A stretch of 64,000 nt of DNA from the human T2T-CHM13v2.0 reference genome, Homo sapiens. Below the pieces are notes generated by a model, which searched no databases, was not told the origin of the DNA, and saw only the letters and a list, made by a program, of their open reading frames with translations. The stretch lies in assembly GCF_009914755.1 (NCBI RefSeq), contig NC_060926.1. One strand, 5' to 3'. The position numbers and the translations under genes are program-made. Shown here one piece after another: positions 25,945-40,788 of the stretch (the first letter of the stretch is position 1; every line of letters starts with the position of its first letter).

Positions 25945-27885
25945 CACCCACACAAATGGGAAAAGCAGTCTTCGCTTGCGGATTGGAAGAATCAATATCA
26001 TTAAAAGAACTATACTACCCAAAGCAATCTACAGATTCAACACTATTCCTATCCAACATCATTTTTTAAATTTAGAAAAAAACTATTATGAAATTCGTAT
26101 GGAATGAGAAAAGCCCCATTAGCTAAAACAACCCTGAATAAAAAGAACAAAGCCAGAGGCATCACATTATCTGACTTCAAACTATATTATGAGGCTACAG
26201 TAACCAAAGAAGCATCATACTAGTACACAAACAGACACATAGACCAATGGAACAGAATAGAGAATCCAGAAATAAAGCCACACACCTACAACCATCTGGT
26301 CTTTGACAAAGTCGACAAAAATAAGCAATGGGGAGAGGATTCCCTAGCCAATAAGTGGTGCTGAGATAACTGGCTAACCATATGCAGAAGAATGAAACTA
26401 GACCCCTACCTTTTTCCATATACAAAAACTAACTTGAGATGGATTAGAGATTTAAATGTAAGACCTCAAACTATAAAAATCCTAGAGAAAACCTAGGAAA
26501 TACCCTTCCCGACATTGGCCTTGGCGAGGAATTTATGGCTAAGGCCTCAAAAGCAATCACAACAAAAACAAAGACTGACAAGTGGGACCTAATTAAACTA
26601 AAAAGCTTCAGCACAGCAAAAGAAACTATCAACAGAATAAACAGACAACCTACAGAATGGGAGAAGATATTTACAAACTCTGTATATGACAAAGTTCCAA
26701 TATCCAGAATCTGTAAGGAACTTAATTTGACAAGCAAAAACCAAATAACTCCATTAAAAGGTGGGCAAAGGATATGAACAGACATTTCCCAAAAGAAGAA
26801 GACAAACAAATAGCCAATGAACATATGAAGAAATGCTCAACATTACTAATTATCAGAGAAATGCAAATCAAAACCACAATGAGATACCATCTCACACTAG
26901 TAGAAATAGCGATAATTAAAAAGTAAAAACAAACAACAAACAAAAAACAGATGCTTCCAGCCTGGGCAACGTAACTGGGACCCCATCTCTACAAAATAAA
27001 AAAAAAATTAGCCACGCGTGGTGGTGCACACCTGTAGTCCCAGTTACTTAGGAGGCTGAGGTAGGAGGATTGCTTGAGCCTAGAAGGTCAAAGTTGCAGT
27101 GAGCCATGATTGCACCACTGCACTCCAGCCTGGATGAGAGAGCAAGACCCTGTCTTGAAAAATAAAAAAAAAAAACAAATGTTAGTGGGGCTGTGGAGAA
27201 AAGGGAACACTTATACACTATTGGTGGGAATGTGAATTAGTGCAGCCACTGTGGAAAGCAGTTTGGAGATATTTCAAATAAATTAAAACAGAACTACCAT
27301 TCAACCAAGGAGTCCCGTTACTGGGTACACACCCAGAGGAAAATAAATCACTCTACAAAAAAGTCACATGCACTTGTATGTTCACTGCAGCAGTACTCAC
27401 AATAGCCAAGACGTAAAATCAACCTAGGTGCCCATCAACAGTGGATTGCGTAAAGAAAATATGGTACATATACACCATGAAATCCTATGCAGCCATAAAA
27501 AAGAATGAAATCATGTCCTTTGCAGCTACATGGATGCAGCTTGGAGGCCATTATCCTAAGCAAATTAACACAGGAACAGAAAAGCAAATGCCATATGTTC
27601 TCACATATAAGTAGGAGCTAAACATTGGGTACATGTGGATATAAAGATGGGAACAACAGACACTGGAACTGGGAATACAGACTACTAAAGAATGGAAAGA
27701 AGGAGGGGGCAAAGGTTGAAAAAATACCTATTGGGTTCTCTGCTCACTACCATAGTAATGACGGGATCATTTGTACAGGTGACTGGATCACTTGTACTCT
27801 AAACCTCAGTGTCATCCAATAAACCCATGTAACAAACCTGCACCTGTATCCCCTGAATATAAAATACAAGTTGAAATTATTTTAA
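25945..27885 (+). mobile_element. 5'-truncated L1 (L1PA15/16-L1PB-type 3' end), antisense to the gene
   Basis: ORF2 C-terminal remnant 26535..26777 (KWDLIKLKSFSTAKETINRINRQPTEWEKIF); 3'UTR ending aacaaacctgcacctgtatcccctgaa...gttgaaattat. Confidence 0.92.
26956..27175 (+). mobile_element. 5'-truncated Alu nested in the L1
   Basis: Starts mid left arm (ccagcctgggcaac), full right arm and poly-A; degenerate TSD aaaaaca(g/a)atg(c/t)t. Confidence 0.9.
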
Positions 27886-28023
27886 AAGTATATATTCTAA
27901 TTAGTTCCTGTACATCCTGTAAGAAAAGCTTGATGCAAATCATTTCTAATTAAAAAAGACAATGGATCAAATATTCATTAAACCAAAATAAACTCTTCAA
28001 AAATAAACTTATTAAAAAGCTGA

Positions 28024-28605
<582 letters not shown>

Positions 28606-29797
28606 TAAAAGGGCAGAGTATAGGTGGGAGGGGGCAGGATTTCACTTTTTTAACATGATGAAAACTTGTGAGAATTATGGGTGTCGCTTTGGTTCTTTGT
28701 TGTGCTTTTTCACAAAACAGAATTAAAATATCATGTGAATTTAAACTAAAAATAAATGTAACTTCAGATGTGATGTCCAGATAATTCTTTGTCATTAGGG
28801 TTCTACTTGGATTGTGCTTCTCTTCACTTTATATGCAGTCCCTGTACAGTTTTCCACATCACCCTCTCCGAAATCCAGACTTGCATTTCCAAAAGATTGG
28901 GTGACTTCTACTCCTCTTCCCACAAGGATCCCACAAAATGAGGATATATTTAAAATATACTATATATTTTTTCCAGATCATCTTCCCTTCCTATCCTGGT
29001 AAATAACATAAAAGAAGGTAGACCTCTGTATGTCTCCCTAGCAGCGTATTCATAATTCTATTAAATAGTCCACTGAGGTTATCTCTTATGTGATCTTTGC
29101 CCCACTCCACATTCTAATAAGCTGTAAGAGGTCTTCAGAAAAGGAGTGTGATATATTGGTCTTAATAGCCCCAGTACCTAGAAGAGTGACTTACCCAGTA
29201 GACATTTAATAAGTGTTAGTTTGCTGGCAGACTCTTCTATTTTATTCCTTTGGCAGTGAGTTCTGGGCCATCTACCCATATAGTTCTCCAAGCTGGAAAC
29301 TTTGGTATCACCCTAGGTAACTCCTGTACCCTTAGTGCCTTCATTCAATCAGTCACTAAGTTCTCCTGATTTTACCAGCTTAAAATTACTTGAGCTTCTC
29401 CTCCTCTTCATTACCAGTCTTATCCTTATATCATTTCCACTGGAAAATGGAATCCTTTTGCCTGGATGCTTGGTTTGCTATAGATAGCCTCCTTCCAGGT
29501 CTTTATATTCCCATCTGTCCTTGCCTCCACTGGAAGAGAAGTCCAATTAAAATTGAGACTCGATCTAGTTACTCACCTGTTTAAGAACTTTCAATGCCCT
29601 ATCAACTAAAGAACAAATCCAAGTTTCTCACCACCACATGTAAAGCTTTCCTTCATCTTCATCTCTGCCAAACTCTCTAGGCTCATTTCCTTTTATACAC
29701 TGGCACAGCTTTCAGCTTAGAATCACCAAAACCCTAGTTACTTTCTAAATACAGAAGCTGTATAGCTTGTGGTGATAGGGAAGTCAGGATCAGTGGG

Positions 29798-30726
29798 TGC
29801 TATGGTTTAAATGTTTGCATCCCCTCTAAAATTAAGGTTGAAACTTAATCCCCAGTGAAACAATACTAAGAGGTGGGGCCTCAAAGGTTTATAAATCATG
29901 CTGCTATAAAGACACATGCACACGTATGTTTACTGCAACACTATTCACAATAGCAAAGACTTGGAACCAACCCAAATGTCCATCAATGATAGACTGGATT
30001 AAGAAAATGAGGCACATATACACCATGAAATACTATGCAGCCATAAAAAAGGATGAGTTCATGTCCTTTGTAGGGACATGGATGAAGCTGGAAACCATCA
30101 TTCTGAGAAAACTATCGCAAGGACAGAAAATCAAACACCGCATGTTCTCACTCATAGGTGGGAATTGAACAATGAGAATACTTGGACACAGGGTGGTGAA
30201 CACCACACACCAGGGCCTGTTGTGGGGTGGGGGGAGGGGGGAGGGATAGCATTAGGAGATATACCTAATGTAAATGACGAGTTAATGGGTGCAGCACACC
30301 AACATGGCACATGTATACATATGTAACAAACCTGCACGTTGTGCACATGTACCCTAGAACTTAAATTATAATAATAATAATTAAAAAAAGAGGTGGGGCC
30401 TTTAGGAGGTAATTAGGCCATTAGGGCAGAGCCCTTATAGATGAGATTAGCACCCTTATAAAAGTGCTTGAGGAAGTGAGTTCAGCATCTTTTTGTTCTT
30501 CCATCCCTTCCTCCTCGTGAAGATGCAGGATTTGTCCCCTCCAGAGGAAGCAGAGTTCAAGGTGTCATCTTGGGAGCAGAAAGAGCAGCCCTCTCCAGAC
30601 ACTTTCAAATGCTAGTGCCTTGATCTTGGACTTCCCAGCCTCCAGAACTGTGACAAACAAATTTCTGTTCTTTATAAATTACCCAGTCTGTGGTATTTTG
30701 TTACTGTAGCATAGAAAGACTGAGTA
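29798..30726 (+). mobile_element. MST-type MaLR solo LTR, split by an L1 insertion
   Basis: Starts tgctatggtttaaatg; resumes after the L1 with ttaggaggtaattagg and the MaLR motif gatcttggacttcccagcctccagaactgtga...tataaattacccagtctgtggtattttgtta. Confidence 0.88.
29882..30387 (+). mobile_element. About 500-bp 5'-truncated young L1PA 3' fragment
   Basis: ORF 29926..30168 is the ORF2 C-terminus (MFTATLFTIAKTWNQPKCP...SLIGGN*); G-rich L1PA 3'UTR; 14-bp TSD aagaggtggggcct at 29868-29881 and 30388-30401. Confidence 0.96.
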
Positions 30727-32584
30727 AGAACAGAACCAATTTCAGCAGTTTTTCAAAAGAGATAATATGGAGATATGACACTTGGTAAAACTATGATAAA
30801 ATGCATTTGAGAAGCAATGTAAAAAAATGGTTTTGGAGAAAATTATCAAAGGAGGGCCTTTATTTTTATATGGTAGCTCCCCCAGCGAATGGCAAAGTAT
30901 CCCTCTTCTCCAAGTTCTTCCTAATGTTAGAACTTCAAACTTCATCTGCTGTTATATGTATCTCATCTCTGCATCACACACATTTCTGCCAACAGTATCT
31001 TCCAACCTGTCCCTACCAACTTCCCGTCCCCCATGTCCCTTTTTGACTCAACTTATGCTTGTTTATTTTTTAAAACAAAAAGCCATGTATTTTCTTATCC
31101 TGAAATATTACCTGCCTGCACAGGTTAGGCTAAGGACCCTTCCTCTGTTTCCATAGCACTTACTCATAATTCTATTACTTATTATATTGAGACTGTCTTT
31201 CATAAGTTTGTTCCACAAACTATAAGGATCTGAGGTCAAGGACTGTGCTTTCTTCATCTTATAGTCCCAGTACCTGGAAGAGTGACTGGCATCAGTTAGA
31301 CATTTAATAAAATGTTATTGGTTCAAAGAACAGGTTCATCCATTTGTGGATGGATTCCATTTATAAAATAACTAATGGTGGGTGAAATAAGTACTTAATA
31401 TTGAGGAGCCTAGGCTGTTCCTCTAGCTCCACTAACACAGGGACTGGACTAATCCTCCCTGAGCATATATTATCTTGCAAATATCTTTCCTATTTTTATG
31501 TAGACTCAGATAAAGCAATAGTTCTATGCATTCTTTCATGTAGGCAATCTTCCTGGTAAAACATACCACTAGCTCTAACAGTGAGTGTTGCAGAGCCTGG
31601 AGTCAATTGGTATTTTAGCAAATTAGTTAGCAAATTTTACCAGCATGAAAGTAGCCTTAGGCAAATTTTCTTTGACAGTGTTTGTATGAAATTTTTATTT
31701 GTCTCAAGACAATGTTTTATTGTCTCATTACTTCAAAATTTTGGTCAGTTAATCCCCAAGTTGAATGGGCTAAAACCAGAAGGCACATAGATTCATTCAT
31801 GCATCCAGTTGATGATTCAGCAATTCTTTGCTGAATTCTAATTCTTTGTTAGACACTTTGCTGAGTAATGGGTATATAGTGTGAACAAAGCAAATGTAAT
31901 CTCTCTTCTCACAGTGCTTACAATATAGTGAGAGACAGAAAATATACATAGAAGAAAACACACAGAAGATAACTAAAGATAATTTAACAAATATATTATT
32001 ATTTTATTTCTATGTGTAGATCCCTTCTCACTTCCTATGGTGAGACCAATAGGAAATTTAACCAACCAGAATATTCATGTTCTGAACCTACTCCTATTTA
32101 CCGCACTCTCAGATAATCATCTCATCTTTGAAAAAATATAGGTTATCAGGCATGAATACTCAAATTCCCTTCACTGATCTTTAGAATGTGTTCACAATTT
32201 ACTCCTTATATTCTTATCCTATTGTTTCAAAAGGACAAAGTATCTTAGCTCCTCTCCAAGATCACCCTAACTGTATCCTAAAGTCTAGCCTTTCATCATC
32301 TCATGGAGGACTTTGGGTTCTAAGTTTTGACTTAGTCTATGTCACATGTTCAATATATCCCATGATAAAGATGGTATTTTTTTAGAGCTCTTACTCTCTC
32401 AAGCCACTGTTTTGCCATGTTACTTTCATTCATAGGTGTTCTTCATAAAAGAATAAGAGAAGGGCAGAGGAGGGCAAAATAGGAAGAAGGATATTCCAAA
32501 TTCACTTTCCTATCACTCACTTACATCTTAATTTTCTCTAACCTGGCTTCCACCCATACCATTTGATTGAAATTCCCATCACTG

Positions 32585-33135
32585 AAGTGGACATATGTAG
32601 TTTGCACCCTGCAATGGCTACTCCGCCTTCTGTTGGCATCACTGTCCTTTGGGATACCCTTTTCCCCATTTTTATTTCAAGTGCTTTAGTTGGGTTCATC
32701 CTATCCCTAGATCCAGGTGTGGGCATGTAACCTAAAGGCAAACAACTCAATATAGGCCATGATGATAGGGTCTGTAATCATCATACATCTTTGTTATAGC
32801 CAATCAGAACTAATTCTGTGAGTGAAGTTGGAGGTACCTTAAAAGAGAAAATTCTTTCTCTTTCTATGGACTTGAACTTGAATTGATGTAGGTTGAGATT
32901 GCTGCTACCATCTTTCAGGGAGAAAAGCTTTCAGAAACTACAGCCAAACAGGAAGCACAGACAGATGGTAAAAGAGAGACGATGTCTGATTTCATTAATT
33001 GAGCTCTTAAATCCAAGCATACCTAATAATAGGACTAACCTTGAACTTACAGTTAAGGGAAGTAAATTCTCTTTTGCTTCAACCAGTTAAGGTTCTGTGC
33101 TTCTTTACATTTGCAACATAAAGGATGATAATTTA
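32585..33135. mobile_element. Probable old LTR remnant (MLT1-like)
   Basis: MaLR-like motifs (agccaatcaga; ttgctgctaccatcttt; tttgcttcaaccagtt...atttgcaac); highly diverged. Confidence 0.4.
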
Positions 33136-33160
33136 TACATCATCAAAAAATTCAGTGGCT

Positions 33161-36100
33161 CCTCATCAAAAAGTTAGAATGATCTCAATTTAACAACCAA
33201 ACATTACAAGTAAAAGAACTAAAGAACCAAGAGAAAACCCAAAAGCTAGCAGAAGACAAGAAATAACCAAAATCAGAGCTGAAGGATTTGAAACACAAAA
33301 AACATTCAAAAGATCAATGAATCCAGGCGCTGTTTTTTTTTAAAATTCAAAAATAGATAGCCAGCTAGACTAATAAAGATGAAAAGCAAGAAGATCCAAA
33401 TAAATATAATTAAAAACGACAAGGGGAATATTACCACTGACCCCACAGAAATACAAATAAAAATTAGAGAATATTATGAACACCTCCATGCACATAAACT
33501 AGACACTCTAGAAGAAATGGATAAATTCCTGGATACATACACCCTCCCAAGACTGAACCAAGAAGAAACTGAATCCCTGAAGAGACCAATAATGAGCTCT
33601 GAAATGGAATCAATAATAAATAGCCTACCAACCAAAATAAGCCCAGGACGAGAACGATTCACGGCTGAATTCCACCAGATGTACAAAGAAGAGCTGGTAC
33701 ATTCCTGCTGAAGCTGTTCCAAAAAATTGAGGAGGAGGGGCTCCTCCCTAACTCATTCTAAGAGGCCAACATCATCCTGATACCAAAATCTGGCAGAGAA
33801 ACAACATCAACAAAAAAAAAACTTCAGGCCAATATCTTTGGTGAACATCAATGCAAAAATACTCAACAAAATAATGACAAACCAAATCCAGTAGCACATC
33901 AAAATGCTTATCCACCACAATCAAGTAGGCTTTATCCCTGGGATGCAAGGTTGGTTCAATATATGCAAATCAGTAAATGTGATTCATTGCATAAAAAGAA
34001 CTAAAGACAAAAACGATATGATTATCTCAATAAATGCCAAAAAGGCTTTTGATAAAATTCAACACCGCTTCACGTTAAAAACTCTGAATAAACTAGGAAT
34101 TGAAGGCACATACCTCAAAATAATAAAAGCCATCTGTGACTAAACCACAGCCAACATCATACTAAATGGGCAAAGGCTGAAAGCATTCCACTTGAAAACC
34201 AGCATAAGACAAGGATGCCCTGCCTCACCACTCATATTCAACATGGTACTGGAAGTCCTGGCCAGAGCAATCAGGCAAGAGAAAGAAATAAAGGGCATGC
34301 AAATAGGTAGAGAGGAAGTCAAACTATCCCTATTTGCAAATGACATGATCCTATATCTAGAAAACCCCATAGTCTCAGCCAAAAAAGATAAGCTGATAAA
34401 CAACTTCAGCAAAGCTTCAGGATACAAAATCAATGTATAAAAATCACTAGCACTCCTATAAACCAACAACAGTCAAGCAGAGTGCCAAATCAGGAAGGCA
34501 ATCCATTCACAATTGCCACACACAAAAAATACCTAGGAATACAGCTAAGCAGGGAGGTGAAAGATCTCTACAATGAGAGCAACAAAATACTGATCCCCCA
34601 CAAAAAAAAAAAAAAAAAAAATCAGAGATGACACAAACAAATGGAAAAAAAAAATTCCACACTTATGGATAGGAAGAATCAATATTGTTAAAATGGCCAC
34701 ACTGCCCAAAGCAATTTACAGATTCAATGTCATTCCTATTGAACTACCAATGACATTCTTCACAGAACTAGAAACAACTATTTTAAAATTCACATGGGAC
34801 CAAAAAAAAGCCTGAATAGCCAAGGCAATCCTAGGCAAAAAGAACAAAACCAGAGGCATCACGCTACCCAACTTCAAACTACACTAAAGGGCTACAGTAA
34901 GCAAAACAGCATGGTTCTGATACAAAAACAAACACATAGATCAATGGAACAGAATAAAAAGCCTAGAATTAGGGCTGCACAGCTACAACTATCTGATCTT
35001 TGACAAATCTGACAAAAACAAGCAATGGTGAAAGCACTCCTTATTCAATAAATGATCCTGGGATAACTAGCTAGCCAAACGCAGAAGATTGAAACTGGAC
35101 CCCTTCCTTACACCATACACAAAAATTAACTCAAGATGGATTAAAGACTTAAATGTAAAACTCAAAACTATAAAATGCCTGGAAGACAACCTAGGCAATA
35201 CCATTGTGGACATAGGAACGGGCAAATATTTCATGACGAAAATGCCAAAGGCAATTGCAACAAAAGCAAAAATTGACAAATAGGATCTACTCGACCTGAA
35301 GAGCATCTGCACAGCAAAAGAAACAATCAACAAAGTGAACAGACAACCTACAGAATAGGAGTAAATTTCTGCAAACTATGCATCTGACAAAGGTCTAATA
35401 TATAGCATCTTATAAGGAACTTAAATTTACAAGAAAAAAATAAACCATTAAAAAGTAGGCAAAGGACATGAACACTCTTCAAAAGACGTAATTGTGACCA
35501 ACATTCATATGAAAAAAAGCTCAGCATCAATGATCATTAAAGAAATGTGAATCAAAACCACAATGACATATCATCTCACACTAGTCACAATGGCTATTAT
35601 TTAAAAAGTAAAAAAATGACAGCTGCTGGCAAGATTGCAGAGAAAAAGTAACACTTATACACCATTGGTGGGAGTGTAAATAAGTTCAACCATTGTGGAA
35701 GACAGTGTGGTGATTCCTCAAAGATCTGAAAAACAGAGCTACCATTTGACCCAGCAATCCCATTACTGAGTATATACCAAAGGAATATAGATGGTTTTAT
35801 CATAAAAACATGTAAATGGTCACAATAGCAAAGACATGGAATCAACCTAAATGTCCATTAATGGCAGACTGGATAAAGAAAATGTGGTACATGTACACCA
35901 TGGAATACTATGCAGCCATAAAAAGATCATGTCCTCTGCAGGAACGTGGATTGAGCTGGAGAGGGCATTATCCTTAGCAAACTAATGCAGGAAAAGAAAA
36001 GTAAAGAACACATATTCTCATTTATAAGCGGGAGCTAAAAGATCACAACACATGGACACAGAGAGGGGAACAACACACACTGGGACCTATCAGAGGGTGG

Positions 36101-36241
36101 AAGTTGGGAGAAAGAAGAAGATCAGGAAAGATAACTAATGGGTACTAGGCTTCATACTTAGGTGACGAAATAATCGGTACAACAAACTCCCATGATACAA
36201 GTTTACCTATATAACAAACCTGCACATGTACCCCTGAACTT
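33161..36241 (+). mobile_element. 3.1-kb 5'-truncated L1 (L1PA12-15-type), antisense to the gene; broken ORF2 including the RT domain
   Basis: ORF2 fragments 33379..33711, 33904..34143 ([14 protein letters not shown]), 34192..34440 (RQGCP...[13 protein letters not shown]), 35089..35283; 15-bp TSD aaaaattcagtggct at 33146-33160 and 36242-36256. Confidence 0.96.
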
Positions 36242-37779
36242 AAAAATTCAGTGGCTAATATTCGTCAGAATGAATCATTTCTTTCCTTAAATATGTAGCC
36301 TTCCTCTGTCTTTACCCATTTTTAAAAATCCTTTTCTTAACCCCCTCTAGTTCTTCTTTATGTGTAGCATAAAACTGCAGAATTCAGGGTTTGAATGTAT
36401 AAGGGTTAAGGAAACTAATGTGCATTGAGATTAAAATTTAAAGTATGGACTCACTTTTTGGAATTTTGTTTAGAATACCACACGATTAAAATGCTGTAAG
36501 AAAGATGTCATATGAGGGGAAAATAGTTGTAAATTTGGACTGCATGTTATAATTTCCATTCTGAATGTAAAGAATTGAATATTAATAAGGCATTAAATGA
36601 AGGGTTTTTTTTTAACAGTGATAATGCCTCTGATTCTAGTTAGAAAAAAATTGGGAGAACTGTTATTGCATTTTTATACTAGCACACTTTCTGAAAAGCA
36701 ATTAAATTTCCTTGCCACCTCAGTTTTTAGAAAGCAAAAGGTTAGAAAATACCATAAATCTGAACATAATTTCCAAAAAACCTGAAAGTCATTGGACTGT
36801 GAGATATCTGAAATCGTATCAAAAAGTAGAATTTATGGCCCTATAAGTTATGGAAAAGGAAATTGAATTGTATTTTATTTTTAAAACATAACCACTAAAA
36901 TGATGTTTCCATAGTAACAAGGTCAATACCAGTAGCCATTATAGACCTTCCCCTTTTCTGATAGTGGGTTTAAAGATCTTTTTCAAACACCACTTTAAAA
37001 GACCTATGAAAAAACCACAGGTTTTCTGATCATTCATCTGAACCGAAAATGAAGAAAACCACACATGGAGTATTGAATTTCTCATGTTTTATGGATTACA
37101 AGCATTCATCGCTGTCATATTTTCAGAAAGAAGCCTGCCTGACTAGCTACCATGCCAACTCCTGAACTTGGGATTTGATTAGCCTGATTGTAAATCAGGA
37201 TGAACAGAAGTTGTTTGCAGTAGTATTCAAACAGACATAAAAGGTGGCATAGTATTAAAAAACATACTTCTTTAACATCTAAATATTGAAAGAGTTAAGT
37301 AAATAATCCTTGCTATTACATTTCAAAGGCTCAGATAAAATATTGTATCACTACTAGAGGAAGGTCAGACAGATGTAGGCCACATTTTGTTGACAACAGA
37401 ACTAAATAGCTATTTGGCCATAAAAATCATTTCATTGAGCCCCACCAGGAAGTGGACTGCCCTTCCTTTTTTCTCTATATCAAGGCACACTGCTTATATG
37501 ATAGTCATTTGTATAGCTTTGTCTTCTTCACTAAACTGCGAGCCCCTTAAAAGCAGAGATATTTTATTTCTCTATGTATTCATGACAGTATTTCACATGA
37601 CACTTTGTACATAAAAAATACTGAAAGAAACAAGCGGAGAATGCATCATGAAAAATGATCACAAAACAGTAACTAAAATAACACAAAATCTCTGGTTTAA
37701 TTTTAGAAACAATGTGTCAGTTAAAAATATGTACTCATTATTTTAATCTCTTTAAACCAAGAGGCTTTAGAATCTTTGT

Positions 37780-37932
37780 TCATAGAATCTCCAATGGCGA
37801 AATAATGAATCCAATTGCCTGGCCCCTAGATCAATTCCTTCAGAATCTCTACAGGTGGGGCTCTGGCATCAGTATTTTCTAAAGTTACTCAGATGATTCT
37901 CATGTGAAACAAGTGTTGAGAATCATTGCTTT
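37780..37932. mobile_element. MER5-like (hAT-Charlie) fragment
   Basis: cagaatctct..ggtgggg...tatttt...agatgattctcatgtg...aagtgttgagaatcattgct. Confidence 0.6.
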
Positions 37933-38746
37933 ACACTGTTCTCCCGTGGTGCAACTGAGGATTAATTTACTTCCTACTTTAGCTATGTTTCCCCCTCAAT
38001 ATTGCCTCATAATACTATATTTAGCAAACCTATAAGAACTTTTATTACAACCCAGTGATTTTTTTCCCTGTAAACACTTTTTATAATAAAAATTATCAAT
38101 TAAAACAGTTTGGTCTTACACAATTAAAATTTTTAGCCCAAATTATCATTTATGGTATTCTGTTTAATATACTTATTAGCTTTCTGTTACTGTGAATTCA
38201 GCTTCAAAAACCAGAGCTGAATACAGTACCAACATAACAGACACTAAATAAATATCAGTAGAATCAGTATAAATATCAGTAGAATTAAGTATACGTTTTT
38301 GTGCTTTTATACATACTTTTCCCTGAGTCTGTAATACATACAGACTCATACCCTCTATGTATCTGGAAAAATTGCAATTCTTCTTTTAAAACACACAAAG
38401 CATATTTTTCTTCCTCCAGGAAACCTTCCCTGATGGGGATAGATCATTAAGCACCCGTTACTTTGGCACTGTCTCGGCTTCCCTTTCATGTTTCTGCTTT
38501 GCACTTATCACCTTGTACTGTCATTGATTTTTCTTCTTTTTTTTTTTTGGTTTTAAAGTAAGCCCTTTGTCCATTGTTGATTGTGAATAATTGGCAGCAG
38601 GTGCTAATTCAGGCCTCTCTCTGCTTTTTCTCTCAGGGCACAACACAATCACTGGAAACAATAGAAACTCATTAAGTGTTTACTAAAGTGAATGAATAAA
38701 TGGCCATATTGAAGTGAAACAGGTGCATTTCAAAACCACTAATGTA

Positions 38747-39072
38747 GGCCAGGCATGGTGGTTTACACCTGTTAATCCCAGCACTTTGGGGTCTGAGGCA
38801 GGAGGATTGTTTGAGGTCAGGAGTTTGAGGCTGGCCTGGGCAACATAGTGAGACTCCATCTCTACAAAAAAAAAAAAAAAAAGAAAGAAAGAAAAAATTA
38901 GCCGGGTGTGGCACATGCCTGCAGTCCCAGCTACACAGGAGGATGAGGCAGGAGGACTGCTTGAGCCCAGGAGTTCAACCTGCAGTGAGCTATGATTGCA
39001 CCATTGCACTCCAGTCTGGGTGACAGAATGAGACCCTGTCTCTTAAAAAAAAAAGTAAAAACAAAACAAAAA
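38747..39072 (+). mobile_element. Alu (AluJ-like)
   Basis: Dimer with expanded A/GAAA linker; TSD-like aaaac(c)actaatg. Confidence 0.93.
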
Positions 39073-39080
39073 AACACTAA

Positions 39081-39468
39081 TGCTATGAATTGAATTGCGT
39101 CCCTCCGAATTTATATGTTGAAGCCTTAACTCTCACTGTGCTGGCATTTGGAGTTGAGGCCTTTGGGAGACTTTGAGAGATAATTAGGGTTAGATAAACG
39201 CATGAGGGAAGGGTGGAGCCCTCACTCTGGGACTGGAGCCCTTATAAGAAGAGACTTCTGAGATCTTGCTGTCTCTCTCTGCCATGTGAGGACACAGCAG
39301 GAAGACTGCCCTCAACAAGGCAGGAGGATGGCCCTCACCAGAACCCTATCATGCTGGCATCCAGATCTCTGACTTCCAGCCTCCAGAACTATGAGAAAAT
39401 ACCTTTCTGTCATTTAACAATACTCGGTTTATGTTTTTTTGTTATGACATTCTGAGATGACCAATACA
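39081..39468 (+). mobile_element. MLT1A-type MaLR solo LTR
   Basis: TG...CA ends (tgctatgaattgaattgcgtccc ... gaccaataca); motifs cttataagaagagac, gccatgtgaggacacagc, gacttccagcctccagaactatgaga. Confidence 0.85.
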
Positions 39469-40708
39469 ACTGTGAATCAGGATTAAATTATTTGAAGAAA
39501 AAAATAATATAAATATTACAGATATTTATGTTTTCTCTCCTTTATTTCAATTCTTTAAAAATAGGCGTTTGCTTTTTCAAAGAAAAGGCTATATCAAATG
39601 CACTTAGACTGGATATTTAATAGATATTTCATGATTTTCCCCCAATTAGCTTGAGGCCTTTTTTTTGGTATTTTCCTGATAAACTAAGAAGTCTATCAGT
39701 GGAAAATGAATTAATTTTGCAAAGCAACAATTAATCAAGGAGAAAACATAAATTACCTTGGCCACTGCATTAACAATTAGGGCTATTCATTAGGTTTCCT
39801 TTTACATTTTTTCTTACAGATGCCATTCATTAAAAACCCAGTATTCCTTGCATTGTGCTAAATATTACATCTTAAATTAATTTTTCTTTGCCTCTTTAGA
39901 GAAAACATTTAAGGTATCCTGGAAACTCTTTAATGCATTATTTATTTATTCAACTAATATTTATTGTGAATTGTGGAAATCCAATTCAGTGTTTAAAGCC
40001 AATCTAACCTGGTTTCATTCTAGCATTTTCTTGGGACTGTGACTATAAACTGCCCAGTCTGTATCTGGGGAATCTACTATATAGGCAAAGCATACAAACA
40101 GTGTAGTTTAGATTGACAATACACACACTTTAAAATTTCATGAATGAGTAACATTTTTAAAATTGGGGGAACTAATACCAATTTGTCAACATTTTACCCA
40201 CCAAATAATAACATTAAAAAGAAACAAACACCACTATCAGTTTTTATCCTTAGTTCACAAATGATGTAGTATTTTAACACAAAATAATTAAGGAAAATAA
40301 TCAGAAGAGAATAAAGGATGGTTTTCAAAGTGTTCACATTTTGTTTAATGGATAAAAACATCCACTATATCTCTTATTCTTTTTATTTCAGTCTAAACTA
40401 CTGAAACTTTGTTCCTCTTTTCAACTATTCAAAATTCATTTCTTATTCTAATTCTAATTCTTTCTTACTCTAATTCTTTGGGACATTAAAATAATAAGTA
40501 AACCTGGTTTAATTCTATCAGCCTTGTAGGGTCCAAATGAAAAATGCATGTTTACTGACCTGTAATTATTTTACCTCATTTTGTCAAATACCAAAGATAA
40601 ATGATGTTTCTGATACCATGGTTACTTTATATTTCTGCATTTATGCCATCTAAATATCTATGTGGAGGCTATAAATCAAAGACTGACAAATATAACAACA
40701 TAACTTAC

Positions 40709-40788
40709 ATGTGTGGACCCAGTGAAATTGCCCTTGCCATTACAATTCCAAGAATCAGAGTTGTTAAACCTGTAGAGATGAGGGAGAC
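40709..40788 (-). CDS. SLC38A11: SLC38A11 exon 7 (VSLISTGLTTLILGIVMARAISLGPH), 80 nt
   Basis: Acceptor TTTCTTTTACAG|GTC, donor CAT|GTAAGT; hydrophobic TM; phase 0 to 2 fits its neighbours. Confidence 0.93.

Noticed and set aside
33379-35283. Reverse-transcriptase-like ORFs suggesting a novel RT system
   Set aside because: Fragments of an ordinary 5'-truncated L1 ORF2 with stops, frameshifts and a mutated FADD motif (FAND); no ORF1 or 5'UTR.
38249-38292. 21-nt tandem duplication (taaatatcagtagaat...), and similar pairs near 27757-27797, 53578-53635 and 54572-54601
   Set aside because: Two-copy slippage duplications with no spacers; not a CRISPR-like or regular array.
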